From an uncultured Acidimicrobiia bacterium (lineage in GTDB: Bacteria; Actinomycetota; Acidimicrobiia; Spongiisociales; UBA11373), in NCBI GenBank assembly GCA_964614095.1, contig CAZTJO010000006.1, positions 4,735 to 68,734 of the forward strand: DNA of 64,000 nucleotides, written 5' to 3'. The notes beneath the pieces are model-generated. The model saw only the letters and a program-made list of their open reading frames with translations. It did not search any database and was not told the origin of the DNA. Below, one piece after another: positions 49,268 through 59,455 of this stretch. Position 1 is the first letter of the stretch, and every line of letters starts with the position of its first letter. The translations under genes and the position numbers were made by a program.

Positions 49268-50251
49268 ATGGCGGCCCGGCCGAAGGTTGAACCGGACGAG
49301 CTCGCTTGGTTCTCCCAGCAGTTCGAAACCATTGCCCACAACATCGAGTGGGTCATCCAAGGCAAGCGGGATGTCATCGACCTCATCCTGCTTTGTCTTC
49401 TATCGGAGGGACATGCGCTGATCGAGGATGTGCCTGGGGTGGGCAAGACCCTGCTGGCCAAGTCTCTCGCTCGGTCGATCCACTGCAATTTCCAGCGGGT
49501 GCAGTTCACCCCCGACCTGCTCCCCTCCGACGTGACCGGTGTCTCGGTGTGGGATCGGGAGCGGAGCGCTTTTGTATTTCGCGCCGGCCCGGTGTTCACC
49601 AATATCGCCCTCGGGGATGAGATCAACAGAGCGAGCCCCAAGACCCAGGCCGCGCTCCTCGAAGCAATGGAGGAACGCCAAGTCACGGTCGACGGCGTCA
49701 CCCGGGTTCTGCCTCCGCCGTTCATAGTCATCGCCACCCAGAACCCCATCGAACACGAGGGCACCTACCCATTGCCGGAGGCACAGCTCGACCGGTTCAT
49801 GATGCGGCTGACCATCGGCTACCCCTCTCAGGCCAAGGAGCTTGAGATCCTCGAGACCCACGGGGTCAAGTCCACATACGATTCGTTGGAACCGGTGATC
49901 AGTGAGGAGGACGTCCTCCGCATGATCGAGATAGCCCAGCGCATCCACGTGTCTCCGCCGGTGAAGGGGTACATAATCGACATTGTCAAGGCAACCCGCC
50001 AAGATCCCGACCTGCTTCTCGGCGCCTCGCCGCGGGCGGCTCTTTTCACCCAGCGGGCAGCCCGCACCCGTGCCGCCACCGAGGGCCGCAACTACGTGAC
50101 GCCCGACGACGTGAAAGCCTTGCTGCATACGGTGCTGGTCCATCGGATGGTGCTGCGGCCGGAGGCTCAGATGCGGGGCACGACGGTGGCCCACATCCTC
50201 GAAAGCATCATGCAGGGCCTGCCCGTTCCCGGGACCAGGACCCGCGCCTGA
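49268..50251 (+). CDS. moxR: MoxR-family AAA+ ATPase
   Basis: Walker A motif GVPGVGKT, Walker B motif ALGDEINRA, and IVIATQNP. Confidence 0.92.
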   Translation: MAARPKVEPDELAWFSQQFETIAHNIEWVIQGKRDVIDLILLCLLSEGHALIEDVPGVGKTLLAKSLARSIHCNFQRVQFTPDLLPSDVTGVSVWDRERSAFVFRAGPVFTNIALGDEINRASPKTQAALLEAMEERQVTVDGVTRVLPPPFIVIATQNPIEHEGTYPLPEAQLDRFMMRLTIGYPSQAKELEILETHGVKSTYDSLEPVISEEDVLRMIEIAQRIHVSPPVKGYIIDIVKATRQDPDLLLGASPRAALFTQRAARTRAATEGRNYVTPDDVKALLHTVLVHRMVLRPEAQMRGTTVAHILESIMQGLPVPGTRTRA

Positions 50252-51432
50252 TGCCCACGGTCAGAGGATGGACCGCGCTCGGGGTATCGGTTGCTCTCTG
50301 CGCGCTGTGGGTGGTGTTCGGCGAGCTGGAATTGCTTGCCGCCGCCGTATTCCTCCTCTTGGCCGTTTTCCTAGGTGCTGTGCTCGTGCACAGGGTCTCG
50401 CTCGATGCCACCTGTTCCAGAGCCGTCCGACCGCCCGAGGTGGAGGAAGGCGGCGAGGTGATCGTGGATATCACCCTGGAACTCCGGCACCGGCTGTGGA
50501 ACCTGATCCTCGAGGACACCGCCCGCGGCCTCGGTTCTGCTCGGTTTGCCGCTGCCCGTGCCGACTCCGGGCAGCCGCTTTCGGCTTCCTACGAAATCAT
50601 GTGCCGCGCCCGCGGCATCTACCAGATAGGCCCGGTGGAAGCATCGGTTTCCGACCCCTTGGCGCTCTGCGGCCGCACCGCCCGCATCGGCAACATCGAC
50701 CGGCTCATGGTGCTGCCCCGCATCGAAGAGTTGTGGGGCCTGCCCGCCGTTCGTGGGCTCGACTCTTCGGTGCAATCGACTCGCCCCTCGTATGCGCCCC
50801 GCGGAGGTGAGGATTTCTTCACCCTCCGTGAATACCAGACCGGAGACGACCTGAGACGGGTCCACTGGCCGGCTTCGGCCAAACGTGACGAGCTGATGAT
50901 CAGGCAGCTGGAGCTGCCCTGGCAAGCGCGTGCGCTCGTGCTCATCGATCAACGCTCCCACCGATACCCAACCCACGAGTCCTTCGAGCACGCGGTGCGA
51001 GGAGCCGCTTCGGTGGTATCGCACCTGTATAAAGGAGGATTCAGTCCCGAATTGTGGACAACGGAGCGGCCTCCCCCAACCCATGCCGGCAGTCGTCACG
51101 TCCAGGCCATGGAGATCCTGGCCACCGTCCAGCCCGTCGACAGGCTGGATCTGCGCAGCACTGAGCGTCGCCTGAGCCGCCGAGGCGTCGGCGGAGGCGC
51201 CTTCATCGTCGTTACCGGGATCCCGGACGAGGGCACACTCGGAATCTTCCGCGCCCTGGCGCAAGAGTTCAGTCGCACAATCGTGATGGCGGTCGACGAT
51301 CACATCAAAGGCACCTTGGCCAGCTTCCAGCGCGCCGGGGCCGTTGCGGTCGTCGTGAACTCCTATGCCCCGTGGGCACCCGCTTGGCGGACTGCAATGG
51401 AGGCAACGTGGTCTACCGTTTCAGTTGGCTAG
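50251..51432 (+). CDS. DUF58 domain protein (VWA-like, MoxR-associated)
   Basis: FFTLREYQTGDDLRRVHWPASAKRDELMIRQ is the DUF58 signature, preceded by N-terminal transmembrane segments. Confidence 0.85.
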   Translation: MPTVRGWTALGVSVALCALWVVFGELELLAAAVFLLLAVFLGAVLVHRVSLDATCSRAVRPPEVEEGGEVIVDITLELRHRLWNLILEDTARGLGSARFAAARADSGQPLSASYEIMCRARGIYQIGPVEASVSDPLALCGRTARIGNIDRLMVLPRIEELWGLPAVRGLDSSVQSTRPSYAPRGGEDFFTLREYQTGDDLRRVHWPASAKRDELMIRQLELPWQARALVLIDQRSHRYPTHESFEHAVRGAASVVSHLYKGGFSPELWTTERPPPTHAGSRHVQAMEILATVQPVDRLDLRSTERRLSRRGVGGGAFIVVTGIPDEGTLGIFRALAQEFSRTIVMAVDDHIKGTLASFQRAGAVAVVVNSYAPWAPAWRTAMEATWSTVSVG

Positions 51433-53750
51433 CCGGCGGCGCCGGCGCCATCCTCGCCCTGGCCCGGCTGGGACAGCTCCTCCGCCCCTCACAGGGACTC
51501 CCCTGGTTTTTCGAGGTTCCAGGTGCCCTGATCATGGGGATGCTGCTCACCGGGCTCATTCTGGGTCCCATGAGATCAAGCATGCGGGAGGCCATCGTGT
51601 GGCACCTGGTGGCCGCCGCCCTGTTCACCTGGAGCGCGTTTCCCGCACTCACCTCGCTGGGCGATCTCGGCGCAGAGTTCGAGACCGCCCGCAATGCCAT
51701 CCGCTCCGGCAGCGCCCCCGTCCAGCCAACGGACGGACTCGTTGCCGTCCTCGCCCTGCTCTTCTGGATCCTGGGCATCCTGATCGCCTGGGGGCTCATC
51801 CGAAACAGGCCCTACATCGCCGTCATCACCCCTTACGTCATCTACCTCCTCTTTTCCACGATGGATCGTGGCGGCAGCGGCTGGTGGACGTTTGCCCTGC
51901 TTCTGTTGCTGGGCTTCTCTCTGATCGCAGTTGCTGCAGACCGGCGGACCCAGGGAACCGGGCAGTTCGAAACGGCGTCGTCGGCGGAGGCCCCGGCCCG
52001 CAATCTCCCGTCTCTCGCCGGCGGGGTCCTGGCCCTCATTCTCATTGTCACTCTGATCTCGACAAACGCTCTCGCCGCACTTGTCCCACCCGGAGGAATT
52101 GTTGATTGGCGGGTGCCCTCTTCGCTCAGAGGCGACTACTTCGGCAGCGTGTCGTACAACCCGTTTGTCGGAATCCATCAGGATCTCGTGGGTGAATCCG
52201 AGTACCCGCTGTTCCAGGCGAACCTCGACGGCGACATCCAGGGCCGGGATGTCTATTGGCGTCTGCTCACCTTGGAGAGCTTCGACGGCGACCAGTGGTA
52301 CACGGATGCGCCCATCGTGCGGGATCCAGCCGAGATCGAAGAATACGAGACTCCGGGCTCCGCGTTCCACGGATCGACCATCGAGGTCACCCAGACCGTC
52401 AGGGTGCTGTTTCTGAACCAGGAGTGGCTCCCTGCAGCCTATTCACCCGTCCAGCTGACATCGGAAGACCGTTACGTCCAGGGAGGGGCGCGGGTCAAGA
52501 TCGACGACGCCTCGCTTCACTTTGGTCTCCGCACCTACCGGGGGATGCAGTACGAGGTGGTCTCAGCGGTGCCCGACCCGGACCTGGATGTGCTCGCGCT
52601 CGGTGCCGACGGCCTCCCCTCTCCACTCTTTGCCGAAGCCGCCGCTGCGGAATCCGGCTACGACATCCAAGCTGCCGAACCGCCGGAGACCCATGCACTC
52701 CCGAATCGCGGCACCTACCTGCGGCTGCCGACCAACCTGGACCCCGACCTCGATGCCCTTGCCGAGGCGGTGACGGCCGGCCTGGCCACCGACTACGAGC
52801 GAGGCCTCGCCCTCGAGGCCTTCTTCCATTCGCCGAATGCCTTCCGCTACAGCACAGACATCGAGCCTGGGCACGGTGCCGATGAACTCAGCGCCTGGCT
52901 GCTCGACCCGGCAAGCCCCTATTACCGCACCGGATACTGCGAACAGTTCGCCACCTCGATGGGAGTGCTGGCGCGCCTTGTCGGCATTCCCAGCCGCGTC
53001 GTACTCGGTTTCACCCCCGGTGTAAGCCAACCGGACGGCAGCGTCGTTGTGCGGGCACGCAACGCCCATGCCTGGGTGGAGCTGTGGATGCCCACACAGG
53101 GCTGGGTCCGCTTTGATCCGACACCGCGTGGCTTCAGCGAGACGCCCACGTTCATGGAGCTTCCTTTTGACATCTCCGACTATCTCGCCTCTCTCGACTC
53201 CGAAGGCTATTTCAATCCTCTTTGGGGCTACCCCAACTACGGCCCCGGCGGCTTCACCGAGGACCCGCTCCCGGAAATACCCGACATCGACGGCTCTCGA
53301 CCGGATACCGGGTTCGACATACCGGTGGCGACAATCGTCACCTGGCTTGTCGGCGTCATCATCATTCTGCTGTTGATCTTCGCCATGGTCCCGGCAGCCA
53401 AGTGGATCCGTCGGCGGGTTCGCCTGCATCGGCTTGCCGCAGGCGACGTTCCCGCAGGCTGGCGGCATGCCATCGACCGCCTCACCGATCTGGGCATCGA
53501 ACCGGAACCATCGGCCACACCGCTGGAGGTGGCACGATCAACCGGATTCCTGCTCACGCCGCTCGCCGAGGTCTACGGTTCGATCATCTACGGCCTGGGT
53601 GAGTACGGTCAATCCGAGGTGAAGGCCGCGTCCACATCCCTAAGGCGAACAGAGCGTCAGCTGAGATCGAATCACTCACGCTGGCGGCGCCTTCTGGCCC
53701 ACTACCGGCTTCGGTCTCTGAAGCCACGCAGGTGGCAGCTGGAGAATTAG
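51372..53750 (+). CDS. Transglutaminase-like domain membrane protein (TgpA-like)
   Basis: Multi-transmembrane N-terminus followed by the transglutaminase core GYCEQFATSMGVLARLVGIPSRVV...HAWVELWMP...VRFDPTP with its Cys-His-Asp triad. The start is uncertain; the GTG at 51408 is an alternative. Confidence 0.8.
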   Translation: MGTRLADCNGGNVVYRFSWLAGGAGAILALARLGQLLRPSQGLPWFFEVPGALIMGMLLTGLILGPMRSSMREAIVWHLVAAALFTWSAFPALTSLGDLGAEFETARNAIRSGSAPVQPTDGLVAVLALLFWILGILIAWGLIRNRPYIAVITPYVIYLLFSTMDRGGSGWWTFALLLLLGFSLIAVAADRRTQGTGQFETASSAEAPARNLPSLAGGVLALILIVTLISTNALAALVPPGGIVDWRVPSSLRGDYFGSVSYNPFVGIHQDLVGESEYPLFQANLDGDIQGRDVYWRLLTLESFDGDQWYTDAPIVRDPAEIEEYETPGSAFHGSTIEVTQTVRVLFLNQEWLPAAYSPVQLTSEDRYVQGGARVKIDDASLHFGLRTYRGMQYEVVSAVPDPDLDVLALGADGLPSPLFAEAAAAESGYDIQAAEPPETHALPNRGTYLRLPTNLDPDLDALAEAVTAGLATDYERGLALEAFFHSPNAFRYSTDIEPGHGADELSAWLLDPASPYYRTGYCEQFATSMGVLARLVGIPSRVVLGFTPGVSQPDGSVVVRARNAHAWVELWMPTQGWVRFDPTPRGFSETPTFMELPFDISDYLASLDSEGYFNPLWGYPNYGPGGFTEDPLPEIPDIDGSRPDTGFDIPVATIVTWLVGVIIILLLIFAMVPAAKWIRRRVRLHRLAAGDVPAGWRHAIDRLTDLGIEPEPSATPLEVARSTGFLLTPLAEVYGSIIYGLGEYGQSEVKAASTSLRRTERQLRSNHSRWRRLLAHYRLRSLKPRRWQLEN

Positions 53751-53766
53751 CCAAACCGGCGGCTCC

Positions 53767-54285
53767 TCAGCCGCTGGCGGCCTCTGAGACAACGTCCTCT
53801 TCGCCACGTCGAAGCATCTCGAGGAAACGCTCACGATCCAGCTCGAACCGAGTCACGTCCTCCTCGACCTCGTGGGCGATCTCATTGATCGCTACGAAGA
53901 AAGCGAGCTGACCTGAGCGCAGAGCATCAATGAGTTCGTCGTCGGTTGAGGTCACCTGAAAGATGCTCTGCCCATCGGTGACCAGCTTGATCTCGGCGAG
54001 GTGGTTATCGATGTCGGCCGTCCGTCGCAGGTAGTCCCAGGCGCGGCGCACCCTTTGCACCGACATGCCGTTGTCGAGAAGGCTCTTGATGACTCTCAGG
54101 GCCACAAGATCACGGAAGGAATAGAGGCGGCGGCGCCCAGGACGTCCATCGGTGCCCTGAATGCTGGGGTTGACGAGGTCTACATGATCCCAATACCGCA
54201 ATTGGTGAGGCGTGCATCCGGTGAAACGACACGTCTGCTGTGCGGTGAAGCCTTCCAAGGCCACTCTCCCTCCCAAGATCCCCAA
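53767..54285 (-). CDS. MerR-family transcriptional regulator
   Basis: HTH FTAQQTCRFTGCTPHQLRYWDHVDLV. Confidence 0.7.
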   Translation of the reverse strand: MGILGGRVALEGFTAQQTCRFTGCTPHQLRYWDHVDLVNPSIQGTDGRPGRRRLYSFRDLVALRVIKSLLDNGMSVQRVRRAWDYLRRTADIDNHLAEIKLVTDGQSIFQVTSTDDELIDALRSGQLAFFVAINEIAHEVEEDVTRFELDRERFLEMLRRGEEDVVSEAASG

Positions 54286-54340
54286 CAGGCCCGACCCGGC
54301 GGGTCCTGTAATCCTTCTCTCCCGTGTGGTTGCGAGAAGG

Positions 54341-54676
54341 CTAGTCGCGCCGACGCCACCTTCTGCCCAGTCGGCCCATCATTTCCCGGGTTGACTTACG
54401 GCCAACCCCACTCCGTCGCTGCACAATCGCAGCGATCCACGCCACCGACAGCACCATGACGACAAAACCAAGCAGGGCAACCGGCACGCAGCGTGTGTAG
54501 AAACCGAGCATCAGACCAAGGCCTACGGCCGCAGCAAGCACCGCCCACTTGAGTTGCCGCGACGAGATACTCGCCAGCGTGGTACTCCGGACCGTCTCGG
54601 CCAGTTTCGGGTCCTCTTCGTAGAACTGACGCTCGATCTCTTCGAGGATGCGCTGTTCTCTGTCGTCGAGTGGCAT
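54341..54676 (-). CDS. DUF3040 family membrane protein
   Basis: MPLDDREQRILEEIERQFYEEDPKLA, followed by two transmembrane helices. Confidence 0.75.
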   Translation of the reverse strand: MPLDDREQRILEEIERQFYEEDPKLAETVRSTTLASISSRQLKWAVLAAAVGLGLMLGFYTRCVPVALLGFVVMVLSVAWIAAIVQRRSGVGRKSTREMMGRLGRRWRRRD

Positions 54677-54717
54677 GGCTTCGTCCGGCGATGGGAAGCG
54701 AAGTATACCCAAGGGTC

Positions 54718-55932
54718 CTAGGCGAGGTCTCGAGGGTCGTCTGCTAGTTCCTGGGATCCCGTATTCGACCGGTGTTCGCCGTCAAAGAGACGTGCCGGCC
54801 CCACCGCCGTCTGCCCAAAACGCTGTCGAATCTGGTCAACGGCGGACTCCAGATCCTCCCAGGGGCGCTGATCCAGGCCAAGCTGCCGGGGTGCCGCCGC
54901 ATCGTCGAGCGTCCCCGCTCCAATGCCCAACAGCCGCACCGGCCGATTGCCTGCATCGGCGCGTCCCAGCAGACGAAGCGCCGAAACAAAGATCTGGTGT
55001 GCCGTATCGACCGGAACTTCCAGAGTCTCACTCCTCGTCACGGTGGTGAAATCGGCGAATCGCACCTTGACGGTCACGGTCCGCGCCGCCACGGCAGACC
55101 GGCGCAGGCGGGTGGCGAGGTGGTCGGCGTGGCGCAAGAGTTCGGCCTGCAGAGTCTCGCTGCCACTGATGTCCTGCTCATAGGTGTGCTCCACCGAGAT
55201 GGATCGGCGATCACCCTTCAGCTCCACCTGCCGATCATCCCGGGCGTGAGCAAGGTCCCAGACGTGGCTGCCGACCGCCACTCCGAGGCGTCGCTCCAAG
55301 GTGGCCCTGGGAAAAGAGACGATGTCCCCAATCGTCTTCACCCCCAGCTTCTCGAGACGGGCATAGGTGACCTCCCCCACGCCCCAGAGATCACGAACGG
55401 GCATCGGGTGGATGAATTCCGTCTCTGATCCGGCCGGCACGAGAAGCACGCCGGCCGGCTTGGCCTCGCGGCTCGCCATTTTGGCAATGAATTTGATGGC
55501 GGCCAGGCCCACCGACGCCGGCAGTCCGGTATGGCCTCTCAGCGCGGCCCGGATCGCCTCCCCCGCCGCCACCGGTGAGTCGTAGCAGAAGCGAAGCCCT
55601 CCTATGTCCAGGAACGCCTCATCGACCGAAAGCGGCTCGACCTTCGGCGTGAACGAGTAAATCACCTCGAAGACTTGGCACGAGGCATCCGCATAGGCGC
55701 CGTGGTCCGGCGCCAGGAACCTCGCCTGCGGGCACAGCCGACGAGCGTGCACCGTCGGCATACCCGAGCCCACCCCGCGGCGCCGCGCCTCGTAGGAGGC
55801 CGACGACACCACCCCACGCCTCCCCAAGCCGGCAACAACAACGGGCACGCCGATCAGTTCCACGTGCCGCAGTCGCTCCACCTCTACAAAAAAGGCATCC
55901 ATGTCCACGTGAGCAAACGGCTCGGCGAAGTG
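54718..55932 (-). CDS. dinB: DNA polymerase IV
   Basis: HVDMDAFFVEVE, SVDEAFLD, and HhH and little-finger domains. The start is approximate. Confidence 0.88.
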   Translation of the reverse strand, partial: HFAEPFAHVDMDAFFVEVERLRHVELIGVPVVVAGLGRRGVVSSASYEARRRGVGSGMPTVHARRLCPQARFLAPDHGAYADASCQVFEVIYSFTPKVEPLSVDEAFLDIGGLRFCYDSPVAAGEAIRAALRGHTGLPASVGLAAIKFIAKMASREAKPAGVLLVPAGSETEFIHPMPVRDLWGVGEVTYARLEKLGVKTIGDIVSFPRATLERRLGVAVGSHVWDLAHARDDRQVELKGDRRSISVEHTYEQDISGSETLQAELLRHADHLATRLRRSAVAARTVTVKVRFADFTTVTRSETLEVPVDTAHQIFVSALRLLGRADAGNRPVRLLGIGAGTLDDAAAPRQLGLDQRPWEDLESAVDQIRQRFGQTAVGPARLFDGEHRSNTGSQELADDPRDLA

Positions 55933-55963
55933 CACCCTCCTACCGTACCTACACTCCCGGCTC

Positions 55964-56605
55964 GTGCTGCGAGAGCTACATCTGGTACGCCACGGTGAGG
56001 TCCACAACCCCAATCGGATGTGTTACGGCGACCTTCCCGGATTCGGCCTCAGTGAGACCGGCCACCGTCAGGCGATGGCGGCCGCAGCGCGTGTTGCTGC
56101 CCTCGGAATCGACGTTGTCGTCTCGTCTCCGCTGCAGCGGGCCCTGGAGACTGCGCAGATTCTGGCCGCCGGCCTTGCCCTCGAAGTCCAGCGCGATGAG
56201 CGCCTCACCGAGTGGGCGCTGGGCCGGCGCTGGGCCGGCACGGTCTGGCAGCAACTGCCCGAGAAGTATCCCGGAGAGCTCGAGGCCTACCTCGATCACC
56301 CCCAAGATCTCCCCTTCTCTCCCGAGCCCTTGGCCGCCGTTGCCGAACGTATGACCGCCGCAGTGGAAGATATCGGCGCCGCCTTCCCAGATGGTGTCGC
56401 GGTGATCGTCTCTCACCAGGACCCGGTGCAGGCGGCCCGGCTGCACCTCACCGGCATCGAACTCGCCCGGCTCCCGGAGGAAAAGCCGGGGCATTGCACC
56501 ATCATCTCGCTGGGCGCCGGATATCCGTGGCTAGAGCGCGAGGTGTGGCACCCCGATGTGCCGGCCGCGCCGTTTCCGCCGCCTGATGAGGTGGAACACG
56601 CCTGA
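55964..56605 (+). CDS. Histidine phosphatase family protein (phosphoglycerate mutase-like)
   Basis: The LVRHGE catalytic RHG motif, and VVSHQ. Confidence 0.8.
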   Translation: MLRELHLVRHGEVHNPNRMCYGDLPGFGLSETGHRQAMAAAARVAALGIDVVVSSPLQRALETAQILAAGLALEVQRDERLTEWALGRRWAGTVWQQLPEKYPGELEAYLDHPQDLPFSPEPLAAVAERMTAAVEDIGAAFPDGVAVIVSHQDPVQAARLHLTGIELARLPEEKPGHCTIISLGAGYPWLEREVWHPDVPAAPFPPPDEVEHA

Positions 56606-56611
56606 CGCGCC

Positions 56612-56638
56612 GGGGGGCCGGCGTCTTGCCGGCCCCCC
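56612..56638. terminator. GC-rich hairpin (11-bp perfect stem GGGGGGCCGGC / GCCGGCCCCCC, loop GUCUU) between convergent genes
   Basis: Seen directly in the sequence. The U-tract on the plus side is weak (GCUUGCU). Confidence 0.4.
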
Positions 56639-56655
56639 GCTTGCTACATGTTGAC

Positions 56656-58665
56656 CTAGAAGCCGTCGAACTCCAGAAGGCCGCCGTCGATGGGCGAGCC
56701 GTCGCCCAGGTTGACCATCTGGATGGCGCTGTACCCGACCAGGTAGAGGCGGTCACCGATCACCAGAGAGCGACGCACCCCACCGGGATGATCCACCATG
56801 GCGATCTCCTCAAAGGCACCGTTGATGCGCAGCATCAGAGCGCCGCTAAACCAGTCCTCGCTATACCACTCCTCGTCGGCGACAGCCACGCCAGTGCTGC
56901 CGTCGGTATCGCTGACGGCATCGTCGACCTCAGGTACCGGCATGGGCTCCTCGTGGCTCCACACCTCGAGTGGCATCACCAAAGTGTCCTCCCAGAGCAG
57001 GAAGGCCCGGTGATCCCACTCCGCCTCCGAATATGCATCGGTGAGCGAGTAGTCGTAGAGACGCTGCGGGTTCTGCGGATCGGAGACATCGAACATGGCC
57101 ACTTTGGTGCCGGTTGTTCGACCCTCTTCCGTCGCTTCCTGTCCGATCCCGAGGATCCGGCCCTCGGAGACCGGGTGGAGGTAGGCGGAGTAGCCGGTGA
57201 TCTTCAGCTCGCCGGCGAGTTGCGGGTTCTCATGATCGGAGAGATCGATCACGTACAGCGGGTCGACTTGGCGGAAGGTAACCACGTAGCCGGTGGGACC
57301 TACAAAACGAACCGAGTAGATCTGCTCACCTTGGCCGAGGCCACCCACACTGCCGGTCTCAATCAGCCGCCGACCCGACCGGCCCAGGACCACAACCTGA
57401 GATTCCGAATCCTCGCTGCTTCCCCACCACTGGGAGCTGGTGGTGGCCACCCTCAGGTGCTCGTCCCACTCCGACATCGAGAACTGATTGAGCAGGTAGC
57501 CCTCCACCGCGCCCGAAGCGGCGTAGCTGGTGGTGGCGCCGGCGATGTCGAAGGCGTGTATCTGTGTCTGCACACCGCCCGATTGTGTGCCCTCCTCGGC
57601 ATAGATATCGCCCCAACGGTTTGTTGCCACGTAGAAGGCGTTGTTCGAGGCGTAGACCGTCTCACCGTCAGCCATGACCCCCGTGCTGTCGCCGAGCCCA
57701 TTGGGGCCGAAGGCGGCGATGGTCAGCATCCCAAAACCGGAGAAGCTCCTGGGGTGGTAGGCGTCGTCGCAAGACAGCAGCACACCCTCATCTTCGCTGT
57801 TGTTGCGGTGATCAACGGCGACGAAGTAGGGAAGCCAGTTGTCGATCGTCGACTGCTCGATGATGGCCTGGTTCTCGCGAAGAGCATCGCGCTCGGCGCG
57901 CAAACCGGAGCCAACCGGGTACGACCACTCGAGGCCGGTCGGGTAGGACGACACCACCACCCGCACCACGTCGCCGTGGAGACGGGCCGACAGATAGCTG
58001 CCGTCGATGTAGGTGGTGCGCAACAGCTCCGGGGCCGCCGAATCGGACAGGTCGATCTCGGCGATAGCGGCAACGCCGCCGTAGTAGGGAACCGAGGCAA
58101 ACCGTTCACCGGGAATGCCGACCATTCCTCCGTGGTCGCCGAGCAGGACGACCCGGTCCCCGACGAGAAACATCTCGGAGAACCAGCCCTCGTTGGAGAG
58201 ATCCAACGTGGAGAGGATCTCGAGGTCGGCCGACAGCACATAGAGCGTCTGCCCGGAGATGACGATGATGCGGTCACCATCGGTCTTCACCAGATCGGGC
58301 TCGTCGATACCGGCTTCCTGCACATTGGTGGTCGAGTACTGGCCTTCCTCTTCCCGCGCCGCCGACTGAGGCGGCTCAGCACCCGCTACAGCACCGTTGG
58401 CCGCGTCAACAGCGGCCATCTCGGCGATGGGGAAGAAGCCACCCCAGCCACCGTCGAGTCCCCATGCGGTGACCCGATCGAGGGCCTCGCTCTTGGCGTA
58501 CTCGAGAAGGGCCGCGCAAGAATCAAAGGCCTCCAGACTCTCTTCGGCTGCAGCCTCTTGACCCGGAACGAAGATGATGACCGAGGCAACAATGCCAACG
58601 ATGACGATGAAGGCGAGGCCGAACCACCAGATACTGCGGCGGCCTTCCGATTTCTGTTTGCTCAT
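56656..58665 (-). CDS. Secreted or membrane-anchored beta-propeller domain protein
   Basis: N-terminal transmembrane anchor (IWWFGLAFIVIVGIVASVIIFV), then a 600-aa domain with repeated blade-like segments. It resembles the uncharacterised extracellular beta-propeller family. Confidence 0.6.
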   Translation of the reverse strand: MSKQKSEGRRSIWWFGLAFIVIVGIVASVIIFVPGQEAAAEESLEAFDSCAALLEYAKSEALDRVTAWGLDGGWGGFFPIAEMAAVDAANGAVAGAEPPQSAAREEEGQYSTTNVQEAGIDEPDLVKTDGDRIIVISGQTLYVLSADLEILSTLDLSNEGWFSEMFLVGDRVVLLGDHGGMVGIPGERFASVPYYGGVAAIAEIDLSDSAAPELLRTTYIDGSYLSARLHGDVVRVVVSSYPTGLEWSYPVGSGLRAERDALRENQAIIEQSTIDNWLPYFVAVDHRNNSEDEGVLLSCDDAYHPRSFSGFGMLTIAAFGPNGLGDSTGVMADGETVYASNNAFYVATNRWGDIYAEEGTQSGGVQTQIHAFDIAGATTSYAASGAVEGYLLNQFSMSEWDEHLRVATTSSQWWGSSEDSESQVVVLGRSGRRLIETGSVGGLGQGEQIYSVRFVGPTGYVVTFRQVDPLYVIDLSDHENPQLAGELKITGYSAYLHPVSEGRILGIGQEATEEGRTTGTKVAMFDVSDPQNPQRLYDYSLTDAYSEAEWDHRAFLLWEDTLVMPLEVWSHEEPMPVPEVDDAVSDTDGSTGVAVADEEWYSEDWFSGALMLRINGAFEEIAMVDHPGGVRRSLVIGDRLYLVGYSAIQMVNLGDGSPIDGGLLEFDGF

Positions 58666-58892
58666 TTCTCATTCCTATAGCGGATCGTCCCTGTGACGGC
58701 CACAGTGGCAGCCGAGGTTCCCCAACAAATGGCCTGCGAATGCCGCGCCGGAAGATGTCGGCTGCAATTCTCGCTCGGCCGATCCACAAAGCCCGTCATT
58801 CGCCGTCTGAAGAAGCTGGATGCGCAGAAGCCTGAAACACCGTCGGAGCGAATAGTGACCCGCCGGCGTAGGATCTGCGTCCGAGGACACGC

Positions 58893-59357
58893 ATGGGGAC
58901 CAGCCTTTCAACCGACAGGCGCGGCACCGGAGATCGTCGCAGCCGGCGGCTCTGCATCTACTACCCGGAGCGTCGTCGCGGCTTCGAGCGGCGCCGGCCG
59001 GCCGGCGGCCTCCTGCTCCGGGCCCGCTGGACCGTGCTCGACCGATACCGCGACGACGGCCTGAATATTGCCCTCGTCCTGGCCGCCATCGTGCTGCTCA
59101 GCCTCGCCGATCTCCTTCTCACCTTGCGGGCTCTGGAACTGGGGGCGTCCGAGGCCAACCCGGTGATGGCTCGGCTCATCGATATCGACCCGGTGCTCGC
59201 CGCCTTGTTCAAGCTGTCTATCACAGCCGTTGTCGGGTTCACCATCTGGTTCCTGCGCCGTTATCGGCAGGTGCTGGAGGTGTCACTGCTGATTGCAGGC
59301 GGCTTGACCCTGGTGTTGGGTTACCACCTGATCGGAGCCCTCATCCTCAGCGCCTGA
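58893..59357 (+). CDS. Hypothetical membrane protein with an Arg-rich N-terminus (DRRGTGDRRSRR...ERRRGFERRR) and three transmembrane helices
   Basis: The ORF has a plausible topology (DUF5658-like). Confidence 0.45.
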   Translation: MGTSLSTDRRGTGDRRSRRLCIYYPERRRGFERRRPAGGLLLRARWTVLDRYRDDGLNIALVLAAIVLLSLADLLLTLRALELGASEANPVMARLIDIDPVLAALFKLSITAVVGFTIWFLRRYRQVLEVSLLIAGGLTLVLGYHLIGALILSA

Positions 59358-59455
59358 CGGAGTTGCCGCTCCGCTCTGCCTCCAATACGCTTGGTGATTG
59401 GGGACCGTATACGAGCGCGCCGCCACGAGTCGCGCAAAGGGGCAAAGGGGATGTC

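Noticed and set aside
56626-58680. 684-aa ORF on the plus strand
   Set aside because: It is antisense to the beta-propeller gene and has no motifs. The minus-strand gene has a coherent signal anchor and domain structure.
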